56,444 nt of DNA from a virus (Duplodnaviria; Caudoviricetes). The stretch covers positions 1 to 56,444 of the IMG/VR virus record IMGVR_UViG_3300042319_001750; one strand, given 5' to 3'. How positions within the stretch are numbered: the first letter of the stretch is position 1; every line of letters starts with the position of its first letter. Under the pieces are notes generated by a model. It was not told where the DNA came from. It saw only the letters and a program-made list of their open reading frames with translations, and did no database searches. The position numbers and the translations under genes were made by a program. Below, one piece after another: positions 8,877 through 16,179 of the stretch.

Positions 8877-9766
8877 AAACCAAACTACACGCCTACCACT
8901 TCAACTGCGGAGTCATCCCACAAAGCCAAGCCTACCTCAAGCTGCGTGATGAACGCATGAAGGTCGAGTCCCGCAGGCACGACCGCATCAACTTCATCCA
9001 CACCGACACAACTCCTAGTGGGTGTAGGTTCAGCCACCTGACCGAGCTCTCTTCTGACGGAGCTATTACCACCTACGAGGTTGACCTCGACCCCAAGCAC
9101 CTGTTCGACGACCAGTGGAACACCAGCGATACCGAGGGGCACACCGGCTACCGAGTCTTCGACTGGGTGGAATACTACTCCCCCCACAACAAGAGTAATA
9201 TCTGGGGCCACTGGCTGGAGGTCACCGATGAAATGGTGGCGGCCCGAGACAATACCAATGCCTGCCGTTATTGCGGGGCTCAGTATGGCACCTGTCACGA
9301 GGGCCACCTGACCGCACCCCGAGACAACCCCAAGTTCTGTAAGAAGTGCCTCGGCTCCCCATACCTCAAGGAGAGCGAGCTCTGGATGTTGCGGCTGACC
9401 CCCGTGAGCCAAAAATATAGCCGCCCGCATGACGAGCTGTCGCAGGAAGACCTCGACTGGTTAAAGCCCCGCTACATCGAAGCCCAGCTTCGCGGTAACG
9501 AGGAGCGCCGTGAGGAGCGGCTGAAGAAGCAGCGTGCTGACTTGGAGAAACAGCAGCAGCTCGATGGCATGAAGTTTGACGGCATGACCCGCCTGCTCGG
9601 TGCAGACATCGAGTTGTCTAACGTCATCTTCCACGACCACGTCCCTGTGTTCAAGTTCGGCTGGCGCAATGGGCTGTCTCCTTCTGTGGCAGAGGCGATG
9701 CAGACAAAGCTGCGTGAGATTGAGTTCCCCCATCCAACCGAGTTCGTAATCAGCGACGCCAAATAA
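8873..9766 (+). CDS. hypothetical protein with CxxC...CxxC zinc-binding motif
   Basis: CRYC and CKKC motifs; coiled-coil segment. Confidence 0.75.
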   Translation: MKTKLHAYHFNCGVIPQSQAYLKLRDERMKVESRRHDRINFIHTDTTPSGCRFSHLTELSSDGAITTYEVDLDPKHLFDDQWNTSDTEGHTGYRVFDWVEYYSPHNKSNIWGHWLEVTDEMVAARDNTNACRYCGAQYGTCHEGHLTAPRDNPKFCKKCLGSPYLKESELWMLRLTPVSQKYSRPHDELSQEDLDWLKPRYIEAQLRGNEERREERLKKQRADLEKQQQLDGMKFDGMTRLLGADIELSNVIFHDHVPVFKFGWRNGLSPSVAEAMQTKLREIEFPHPTEFVISDAK

Positions 9767-9778
9767 CAGCACCCTTCG

Positions 9779-9811
9779 GGAGGGCTTAGAACTTCAGGTT
9801 CCAAGCCCTCC
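9779..9811. repeat. palindrome copy 10, extended
   Basis: GGAGGGCTTAGAA-CTTCAGG-TTCCAAGCCCTCC. Confidence 0.95.
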
Positions 9812-9837
9812 CCCTTTAACCCAACAACAACACTACT

Positions 9838-10449
9838 ATGACGACGCCACGACTGACCGACGCAACCCGAACGAACATGGCTACCACCCTTCGCCAGTGG
9901 GGTATTGAGAACACCCACCGTGAGGTCTTTGATGCTCTCCATGAGGAGGCGGTAGAGGCGGTTGACACTGCCTGCCAAGACTATGCCATCGGGTATGACG
10001 ACCTTGATCCCGACGATCGGGAGTTTCTGATCCTCGCCTACAAGGATGGGTTCTGGGAGCCGACCCATAAGCTGGAGCGTGACGAGCTCAAAGCTCATGT
10101 TGAGGGGCTATCCGCCCGCCTGTCTGACATGATCTTCTCCGCTCCGGCGGCTCCTGACGGGCGCTTCCCTGAGATGTTTGTGCCGCGAGTCCCCACGCTC
10201 AGCACCAGCCACATGACAAGGGAAGATGCTGACAGGCTACACCACCACTACCAACCTTCGGCAATGCTCAGTTCATCTGACGGAGCCCTCCTGCATATCC
10301 ACAACTGTTCCGACCCTGAAGAGGAGTATGCTGAGTTCAGTGAGGCGTTCCGCAACATCATCCTACGGCTGGTCGAAGCTGGTTACAGCTACGTTAGATT
10401 TGACAGTTGCCACGAGCCTATTGCATCCTTCCCCACCTTTGACTGGTGA
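9838..10449 (+). CDS. protein with DUF5983-like C-terminal domain
   Basis: LSTSHMT...GYSYVRFD...FPTFDW pattern, recalled and not searched. Confidence 0.55.
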   Translation: MTTPRLTDATRTNMATTLRQWGIENTHREVFDALHEEAVEAVDTACQDYAIGYDDLDPDDREFLILAYKDGFWEPTHKLERDELKAHVEGLSARLSDMIFSAPAAPDGRFPEMFVPRVPTLSTSHMTREDADRLHHHYQPSAMLSSSDGALLHIHNCSDPEEEYAEFSEAFRNIILRLVEAGYSYVRFDSCHEPIASFPTFDW

Positions 10450-10481
10450 TAGCCAGCCCACACCCCACACCCCACCAAACA

Positions 10482-10706
10482 ATGAACACCGACAACACCA
10501 CCGAGAATACTGAAGTCACCCCCAAGATCGAACGACGCGGCGGGCACCGCTCACTCCCAGATAAGGATAAACTTGCCAAGGTCAGCCACGTTGCCCGCAT
10601 CCTGCGCAGCGGTTACGGCATGGAGATTGCCTGCAAGCGAGCAGGGACAAGCTCCAACACCATCCGCAAATGGGCACGAGAACTCGGCGTCAAATTTGAC
10701 CACTGA
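10482..10706 (+). CDS. small HTH DNA-binding protein
   Basis: GYGMEIACKRAGTSSNTIRKWARE helix-turn-helix pattern. Confidence 0.7.
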   Translation: MNTDNTTENTEVTPKIERRGGHRSLPDKDKLAKVSHVARILRSGYGMEIACKRAGTSSNTIRKWARELGVKFDH

Positions 10707-10841
10707 TGTTATGAGAACCTTACTCCACTTCACTCGATCCCGATGTCGCTACTGGTGGCGCAAGCTCGTCGCCTCCCTTGACTGGTGCCCCTTATGCGGG
10801 GCCACCCTCAACCACACCCGCTCACATAAACTCTGCCCACG

Positions 10842-11375
10842 ATGCAACTTCCGAACAACCCGATAACCCGACTAAACCCTGAAGTCCTTCCTCGCGATTG
10901 GTCAACCTTGACCGGCGCTGACGGACTCGTCTATCAAGCCGATGTCGCTGTCTCCAAGGCGTCAACTCTCCGCGCGAAGGTGCTCCTGTTCAAAGACCTG
11001 CCTCACCTTCACGGCTTTTGGAAGACCGCTCTCGACCGCCCAACTCCTCACCCCGATACCCTAGCCTTGTGCAATCCGCTGACAACGACGGTCTACTTCT
11101 GCAAGGTAAAGGGCAGGCCGCAGCGTCCTCCCGAAGTGCGCGTTGACCCGCGCTACTTCTGTGTCCTCGGCTTCGCTCAAGGACACCTGACCCCCGAATA
11201 CATCGTCCACGAATCCATCCACGCAGGGTTTGCTTACAGCCGCCGAGTGCGCGGCGGCCATCGCTGGCTTGACGATGACGTTGAGGGGGAGGAGCGCATC
11301 TGTTACCCAGCCGGACGTGTCGCCGACGCCATCATTAGACGATTCCACAAGGGAGGTTTTTTCCATGCCAAGTGA
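10842..11375 (+). CDS. HExxH-containing hypothetical protein
   Basis: IVHESIHAG and downstream EER. Confidence 0.6.
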   Translation: MQLPNNPITRLNPEVLPRDWSTLTGADGLVYQADVAVSKASTLRAKVLLFKDLPHLHGFWKTALDRPTPHPDTLALCNPLTTTVYFCKVKGRPQRPPEVRVDPRYFCVLGFAQGHLTPEYIVHESIHAGFAYSRRVRGGHRWLDDDVEGEERICYPAGRVADAIIRRFHKGGFFHAK

Positions 11376-11745
11376 ACCCTACGCTACCGGAGCACGGGTC
11401 TTCCTCGTTGACGGGCCCGTCACTCTCGGCGTCATACTTCCTTCCCCCGAAGGAACCGCCGCACAATATAGGGTTGTGAAGTTGGACGGTGAAGAGGAGC
11501 CTGTAATCCTCCACACAAGACGACTGACCCCCGCAACCCTGACCCCCGGCCGCCGCGTGTTCCGCCACACTGGAGGCCCGCATCGTTTCGGGTTTATTCC
11601 CACGCTCGGCCGCACACCCCCGACATTTTCCAAAGCCCGCATGAACGCGGACGAGGAATCTATTGTGGTCCGGTGGGATAATAACGAACTGGAAGTTGTG
11701 GTTAAAGACCACTTGACTCCAATCATCTACGAGGCTAGCTCGTGA
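11365..11745 (+). CDS. hypothetical protein
   Basis: ORF. Confidence 0.55.
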   Translation: MPSEPYATGARVFLVDGPVTLGVILPSPEGTAAQYRVVKLDGEEEPVILHTRRLTPATLTPGRRVFRHTGGPHRFGFIPTLGRTPPTFSKARMNADEESIVVRWDNNELEVVVKDHLTPIIYEASS

Positions 11746-11755
11746 CCCTCGTCTG

Positions 11756-11974
11756 ATGAAGACTCCCATCCACATCCTCAACCGCATCTACCCGAACGGC
11801 TTTACATGGCACGTCTGGAAACACCAGCGCACCGGAGAGCTCCGCTCCCAGCACCGCCCGAATGGTGGCGAGTCGCTACCCCCCGGCCGCGACTGGGAGA
11901 TTGTCCGCTCCTTGCCCCACAACCCCAAGCTGTGTCAGCGTAGACTAGCTAACAAACTCTTCGACAACCTATAA
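11756..11974 (+). CDS. hypothetical protein
   Basis: ORF. Confidence 0.55.
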   Translation: MKTPIHILNRIYPNGFTWHVWKHQRTGELRSQHRPNGGESLPPGRDWEIVRSLPHNPKLCQRRLANKLFDNL

Positions 11975-11992
11975 CAAACCAAAACGCAGAAA

Positions 11993-12445
11993 ATGAAAAC
12001 CATCAAAGAACTCGCAAACACCGGATCAAAAGCCGCAGCACTACTCAACAAAGGGTGTGGCACACTAGCGGTGACACGGAATCATCCCGGCTGGCACCAC
12101 GACGAAGAGCAACGCCTAGCATTCGCTGCCGCCGTGCGTGATGCGGCGGTGCTTGCGGATTTGGAAATGAAATCAGACTCGTCACCAACACCACGAACAG
12201 ACACCATTCTGGCAAGATTCTCATGGTTTGAAAACAAGTGGATTGACCGTGAGCTACAGTTTGTGCCGAGGCTTGGCGACCGTGTATTGGTGACGGATTC
12301 CTCGCAGAAATGGGAGGGCGATGACTGGATGGTGGAAGGCGAGGTTATGCTCGTTGAATGGTCATTTCGAGGGGGCGTGTTCGGCAGCATGGTTTCGATC
12401 ACACTCAACCCTCGAATCAATCAAACTGGGCCGAATCATTTTTAA
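11993..12445 (+). CDS. hypothetical protein, possibly chimeric
   Basis: Internal M...TPRTD segment resembles the N-terminus of the 13035 gene. Confidence 0.6.
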   Translation: MKTIKELANTGSKAAALLNKGCGTLAVTRNHPGWHHDEEQRLAFAAAVRDAAVLADLEMKSDSSPTPRTDTILARFSWFENKWIDRELQFVPRLGDRVLVTDSSQKWEGDDWMVEGEVMLVEWSFRGGVFGSMVSITLNPRINQTGPNHF

Positions 12446-12455
12446 CCAACCAACT

Positions 12456-12626
12456 ATGACACCAACACCACTCACGAACTACCTCATCAAAGACAACGAC
12501 GTATCCCGCCCGCAGGCACCAATGATCCTCGGAGTCTGTGACCACGACGGTTGCCCACGGCACCGCTGCAAACAAAAACCACCCTTCTACGCAGCAATCC
12601 TCAACAAGAAAAAGAAACGCAAATGA
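12456..12626 (+). CDS. hypothetical small basic protein
   Basis: ATG after AC-rich leader. Confidence 0.45.
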   Translation: MTPTPLTNYLIKDNDVSRPQAPMILGVCDHDGCPRHRCKQKPPFYAAILNKKKKRK

Positions 12627-12687
12627 ACCAAGAACAAAAACGAATCGCCATCATCTACACCCTAACCAATGGGAAACTTGTTACCCC

Positions 12688-13038
12688 ATGACCGACACCG
12701 AACACCTACAACGAATCAAAGCCAAATGCCAAGAACTCCTAGCTATTGCTGAAAAGCGAACTGCAGGAAGGTGGAAGTGTGGGTCAGATACAGTTTGGGA
12801 CTGGGATGGTAACGAAAAAGTTGCTGACTGTGACGGTTGGAACCCTGACTTCATCGCAGCCTGCGCGGGTGCCGCCGAAGCGGGCTGGCTCTCGACCATC
12901 GCAGCGATTGACGACTGCTTAAACGTGGATTCATCGCTTCCTATTTATATTCAGAATATCACAACTGAAATGATGCTTACCGCTAATGCTCGATTAGTTG
13001 CCGCAATCATTGCCGCATGGCCAGAGGAAATTCTATGA
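12688..13038 (+). CDS. Ead/Ea22-like phage protein (tentative)
   Basis: AEKRTAGRW...DFIAAC pattern. Confidence 0.5.
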   Translation: MTDTEHLQRIKAKCQELLAIAEKRTAGRWKCGSDTVWDWDGNEKVADCDGWNPDFIAACAGAAEAGWLSTIAAIDDCLNVDSSLPIYIQNITTEMMLTANARLVAAIIAAWPEEIL

Positions 13039-13514
13039 CACTAACACCACGAACAGACGCAATCTTAGCCGACGACACAGGCGACAGTTCATTGATCCGC
13101 AATCTTGCGACACTCGCCCGCACCCTCGAACGCGAGCTTAATGCCGCGAAGGCAAAGAGTGAGCTATGCCAGTGTTCCTTGGCAACCCGACTCGTCGGAG
13201 ACGGATGCGAGAGATGCAACCCAGAAAAGGCACGGGAGATCAAAGAGCAGAATTATGAGGATAGAATCAGCGATCTTGAACGTGAACTCAACGACGCAAA
13301 CGAGCAGCTACATAAAGTCCGCATCCGTTGCTCCGAGTGGGCAGATGTAGCTGGCAAGCGCGGCGCAGAAATGGATGTCTTGCTGGCGGCTTTGGAATCA
13401 ATGGTGGCAGCAAACGGCGGTGTAGCTGTAATGCCGACAATAGAAGCCCGTAACCAAAATGCAGCGTTGATGAAAGCTAACGCAGCAATCGCCAAAGCGA
13501 AAGGAAAACCATGA
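13035..13514 (+). CDS. coiled-coil phage protein (TPRTD...LERELN family)
   Basis: ATGA overlaps on both sides. Confidence 0.7.
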   Translation: MTLTPRTDAILADDTGDSSLIRNLATLARTLERELNAAKAKSELCQCSLATRLVGDGCERCNPEKAREIKEQNYEDRISDLERELNDANEQLHKVRIRCSEWADVAGKRGAEMDVLLAALESMVAANGGVAVMPTIEARNQNAALMKANAAIAKAKGKP

Positions 13515-13795
13515 ACGCACCAACACCCGAAACTAAATATGCTCTATCTGTAATATTAGAAGAACACGGCGAACTCTGCGAAGAAACCGCGCCCTTCATT
13601 TTAGTTAGACTTTGTAAAAAACTTGAACACGACATCACCGAACTCAACCTCCGCCTGATCGACCGCCAGCAGACGCTGATGGAACAAGCCGTCAAACTCC
13701 AAGCAGCATCCCGCCTCCTCACTCGTTGCCGCGATTCAGCGGGCCGAGTTGAGATGGGTTTGTATGAGGACATCCAAAACTTTTTGAATAGCTAA
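13511..13795 (+). CDS. hypothetical coiled-coil protein
   Basis: ATGA overlap. Confidence 0.65.
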   Translation: MNAPTPETKYALSVILEEHGELCEETAPFILVRLCKKLEHDITELNLRLIDRQQTLMEQAVKLQAASRLLTRCRDSAGRVEMGLYEDIQNFLNS

Positions 13796-13797
13796 CT

Positions 13798-14025
13798 ATG
13801 ATCGACTCTCCAATATGTGTGACACACCACCTTGCCTGTGACTGTCGCGAGGCACTGATGGCGGAAGCTATGCAGACTCAACGCCGAGTGATCGACTGGC
13901 GGGATCAGAGCGATGAGGGGTTGAGGCTCCGTTGCGGAGAACTGACCTCGCAGGAAATCCGAACGATCCGCGCTGTGCTGACCGCAATTCTTCCGCCGAA
14001 CATTCAAACTGAGACACAGCCATGA
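13798..14025 (+). CDS. hypothetical protein ending inside attC-like site A
   Basis: ORF; CVTHHLACDCRE motif. Confidence 0.65.
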   Translation: MIDSPICVTHHLACDCREALMAEAMQTQRRVIDWRDQSDEGLRLRCGELTSQEIRTIRAVLTAILPPNIQTETQP

Positions 14026-14121
14026 GAAAATGCACCGCCCCATCCCCATTCTGTGAATGCCAAAAATGTTTTGATGCCAAGCAAGGTGCCGTGGCTGTTG
14101 TCTCCAGTGCCCTTGTTCGGC
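13995..14121 (-). mobile_element. attC-like site A
   Basis: GCCGAAC-ATTCAA-ACTGAGACACAGCCA ... TGGCTG(T)TGTCT(C)CAGT-GCCCTT-GTTCGGC: R boxes, unpaired spacer, two extrahelical bases. Confidence 0.75.
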
Positions 14122-14267
14122 TTGCTCCGCCGCATGAGTGCCCTGCGTGTAAGCGCACAGGGTTCTACGAGAAACCGAAAAGGAACTGCTATTACTGCCC
14201 CCACTGCTGGAATCTGTTTGGAGAGATATATGGAGACCCGAAACAAAAGATCAGGCTCGCACAATGA
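14022..14267 (+). CDS. Cys-rich zinc-ribbon-like cassette protein
   Basis: CECQKC, CPAC and CPHC motifs; starts inside site A. Confidence 0.55.
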   Translation: MRKCTAPSPFCECQKCFDAKQGAVAVVSSALVRLAPPHECPACKRTGFYEKPKRNCYYCPHCWNLFGEIYGDPKQKIRLAQ

Positions 14268-14268
14268 A

Positions 14269-14399
14269 GCCGAGCCGTCCCTGCTCTGGCACAGAGCGGG
14301 GGAGAGAAAACTAAACCGAAGGAATCAAATCTATGAATGAAGAAAACGTAAATGATGCCATAGCGCCCCGCTCTGTTGACCAGCAGCGCCTTGTTCGGA
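14269..14399 (-). mobile_element. attC-like site B
   Basis: GCCGAGC..GCTCTGGCACAGAGCGGGG ... CCCCGCTCTG(T)TG(A)CCAG(C)AGC-GCCTT-GTTCGGA. Confidence 0.65.
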
Positions 14400-14674
14400 C
14401 TCATTGGATTACCGCTCTAAGAGGATACGCCGAACCAGATCCTCCCTACCGATCCCGCTTTAACTTCGTGTGGTGGTTCTGGCTACCGAGACTCCACACG
14501 CAACGTCCCGACGCCATGAACCCGCGAGTAATCCGGCTCATCTGGCTATGCTTCGCTGTGGGGCTGGACATCTGGGGCAAGGAGTCGCGGATGTATTGGC
14601 CGAACAAGCCTGCTCTGGCAGCAAGCCCGGCTAAAAACTCAACCGAAGCGAAAGACTCACAAAATGGAAACTGA
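14333..14674 (+). CDS. Trp-rich cassette protein
   Basis: Starts in the loop of site B and ends in the loop of site C. Confidence 0.55.
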   Translation: MNEENVNDAIAPRSVDQQRLVRTHWITALRGYAEPDPPYRSRFNFVWWFWLPRLHTQRPDAMNPRVIRLIWLCFAVGLDIWGKESRMYWPNKPALAASPAKNSTEAKDSQNGN

Positions 14675-14725
14675 GTCGATACTCCAAAACGCTGGCGCAG
14701 CTTGCCAGCAGCAGGCTTGTTCGGC
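14599..14725 (-). mobile_element. attC-like site C
   Basis: GCCGAACAAGCCTGCTCTGGCAG ... CT(T)GCCAG(C)AGCAGGCTTGTTCGGC. Confidence 0.75.
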
Positions 14726-14990
14726 CTTGCCGTGGCTGAAACGTCCATCTGACTTGGGTATGTGGTGGGCATTCTGGGAGGGCAAATACTCGCTTTGGCA
14801 GGTCATCAAAATCCCGGCTGGCTGGATGGCGATGAATGAAGAAATCGGGAACAGTATGGTGGGCTGGATCAACTCCGCCAATCTCGAAATCTGCGAGCTG
14901 CAAAACTCCATTTGGTTCCCGGCGCTCGGAGGTTGGCCGAACGATAAGGCTCAGCAAAATGAAATAAAAACTCGCTTGCACATTTTCTAG
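14664..14990 (+). CDS. Trp-rich cassette protein
   Basis: Starts in the loop of site C and runs through half-site D. Confidence 0.55.
   Translation: METESILQNAGAACQQQACSALPWLKRPSDLGMWWAFWEGKYSLWQVIKIPAGWMAMNEEIGNSMVGWINSANLEICELQNSIWFPALGGWPNDKAQQNEIKTRLHIF
14936..14955 (-). mobile_element. attC-like half-site D
   Basis: GCCGAACGATAAGGCTCAGC, read on the minus strand as GCTGAGCCTTATC-GTTCGGC; no partner arm found. Confidence 0.45.
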
Positions 14991-15003
14991 CCTATCATAT
15001 AAA
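14976..15003 (+). promoter_or_regulatory. sigma70-like promoter for the tRNA
   Basis: TTGCAC-16-TATAAA with A-rich upstream sequence. Confidence 0.5.
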
Positions 15004-15017
15004 ACCACATTCCCAAA

Positions 15018-15093
15018 GGCAGGGTAGCTCAGAGGCCAGAGCGTCGGGCTCATAACCCGAAAGTCGGAAGTTCAAATCTTCCCCCTGCCACCA
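15018..15093 (+). tRNA. tRNA with CAT anticodon (Met, fMet or Ile2)
   Basis: Acceptor stem GGCAGGG/CCCTGCC, D arm GCTC/GAGC, anticodon arm TCGGG-CTCATAA-CCCGA, T arm GGAAG-TTCAAAT-CTTCC, encoded CCA. Confidence 0.95.
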
Positions 15094-15280
15094 ACTCAAC
15101 AGCCACAACATGACCACAGCACACATCATCCATCAGGTTCATCCGCTCGATCTCGCGGCCGACATCGTTATAGCTGCCAACCGGCTTCTCTTTGAATCTC
15201 ACATCCCTCACTGGTTCCGTGCCCACACCACCGACACGCATATCCATCTCACCCTGCAACCCGACAACCCACCCACCCCC

Positions 15281-15553
15281 ATGACCGTAATCGAAGTGCC
15301 CATTGACGACATCGTCCTCGACAAAGAACTCCGCCGCGACATTGACTCACAGATTCAGCGTCTTAAATCCTCCGCTCCAAGCCGCGAACGCAGCCTCGCT
15401 ATCACGAAGCTACAAGAGGCGGTGATGTGGCTCGGTATGGACCTCAAGCGCATCAATGAGGAGACCCCCGGCTCCTCACCGAATCCCTATCCAAACTCCA
15501 AGGACCCGAGCAACTTGAAGATCGAGCCCACTGCGGACGGACTCAAACTATAA
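15281..15553 (+). CDS. Acb2/Tad1-hairpin-like protein, candidate nucleotide sponge (in-frame upstream start at 15110 possible)
   Basis: SRERSLAITKLQEAVMW motif. Confidence 0.5.
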   Translation: MTVIEVPIDDIVLDKELRRDIDSQIQRLKSSAPSRERSLAITKLQEAVMWLGMDLKRINEETPGSSPNPYPNSKDPSNLKIEPTADGLKL

Positions 15554-15567
15554 ACCACGGCACACCC

Positions 15568-15765
15568 ATGGACATCGAGATAACCAACTACGTCACCCTG
15601 CCACAAGTCTTGACGGCGTATCGCAAGCAGTGGTCGTGCGATGAGATAGTCGAAGACATTATTGCGTTCATCTGTGACCAGCCAGACCAGCAGTTTGAAA
15701 ACAAACTCTTCGCCGCGTTGCAAAAATTCAAAGCCGAGAACGACCCGCCCGAACCTTCACCCTAA
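15568..15765 (+). CDS. hypothetical acidic protein
   Basis: ORF. Confidence 0.55.
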   Translation: MDIEITNYVTLPQVLTAYRKQWSCDEIVEDIIAFICDQPDQQFENKLFAALQKFKAENDPPEPSP

Positions 15766-16021
15766 CCCTGCACTATGGCCCGAAACACCTTCTCCTATTG
15801 GAGGCGCGTCCCCCACATGCAATGCCCCCTCGTCGTCAACCGAGGCTTGCCGTCCGAGTGTCGGCTTGTTGCTCGCAGCGACCTCGTCTTCATTTACCAC
15901 TATACAAGACTTGACCACCCGAACAGGGCGGTTAAAAAGAATCTCCCCCAAACAGGAGCCGCTCATTTTGAGCAACCGCGCCGGACGTATTCCGGCACAC
16001 CCCCAAGAAAACGAAACCACC

Positions 16022-16126
16022 ATGGCTAAGAAAGCTACTCCCGCCCCAATGAAAGCTGCCCCAAAAAAAGGCGCAGCAGTCCCCGCCAAGAAAGGCGCTG
16101 CTGCGCCGATGAAGAAGGGTTGCTAA
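16022..16126 (+). CDS. 34-aa Lys/Ala/Pro histone-H1-like peptide
   Basis: MAKKATPAPMKAAPKKGAAVPAKKGAAAPMKKGC; AC-rich leader; terminator follows. Confidence 0.6.
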   Translation: MAKKATPAPMKAAPKKGAAVPAKKGAAAPMKKGC

Positions 16127-16136
16127 TCAACCCAAC

Positions 16137-16179
16137 AACAGCCCCTGCTGCTTAAACGTGGCAGGGGCTGTTTTGTTTT
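16137..16179 (+). terminator. intrinsic terminator between convergent blocks
   Basis: AACAGCCCCTGC...GCAGGGGCTGTT followed by a T-rich tail. Confidence 0.85.

Noticed and set aside
690-9811. Palindromes as a CRISPR array
   Set aside because: Spacing is 74 bp to 2.5 kb and contains whole genes; no cas operon.
690-9811. Palindromes as LexA boxes or terminators
   Set aside because: The core is GAAC-N5-GTTC, not the N4 Cheo box or TGTTC-N4-GAACA; no U-tracts follow.
130-11787. Long minus-strand ORFs in the early region (e.g. 3624-4892, 2821-3630)
   Set aside because: Antisense shadows of high-GC genes that have better-supported + strand products.
12660-13800. Further attC sites upstream of site A
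   Set aside because: CTAAC and CCGAAC words are present, but no matching arm with bulged bases was found by eye.
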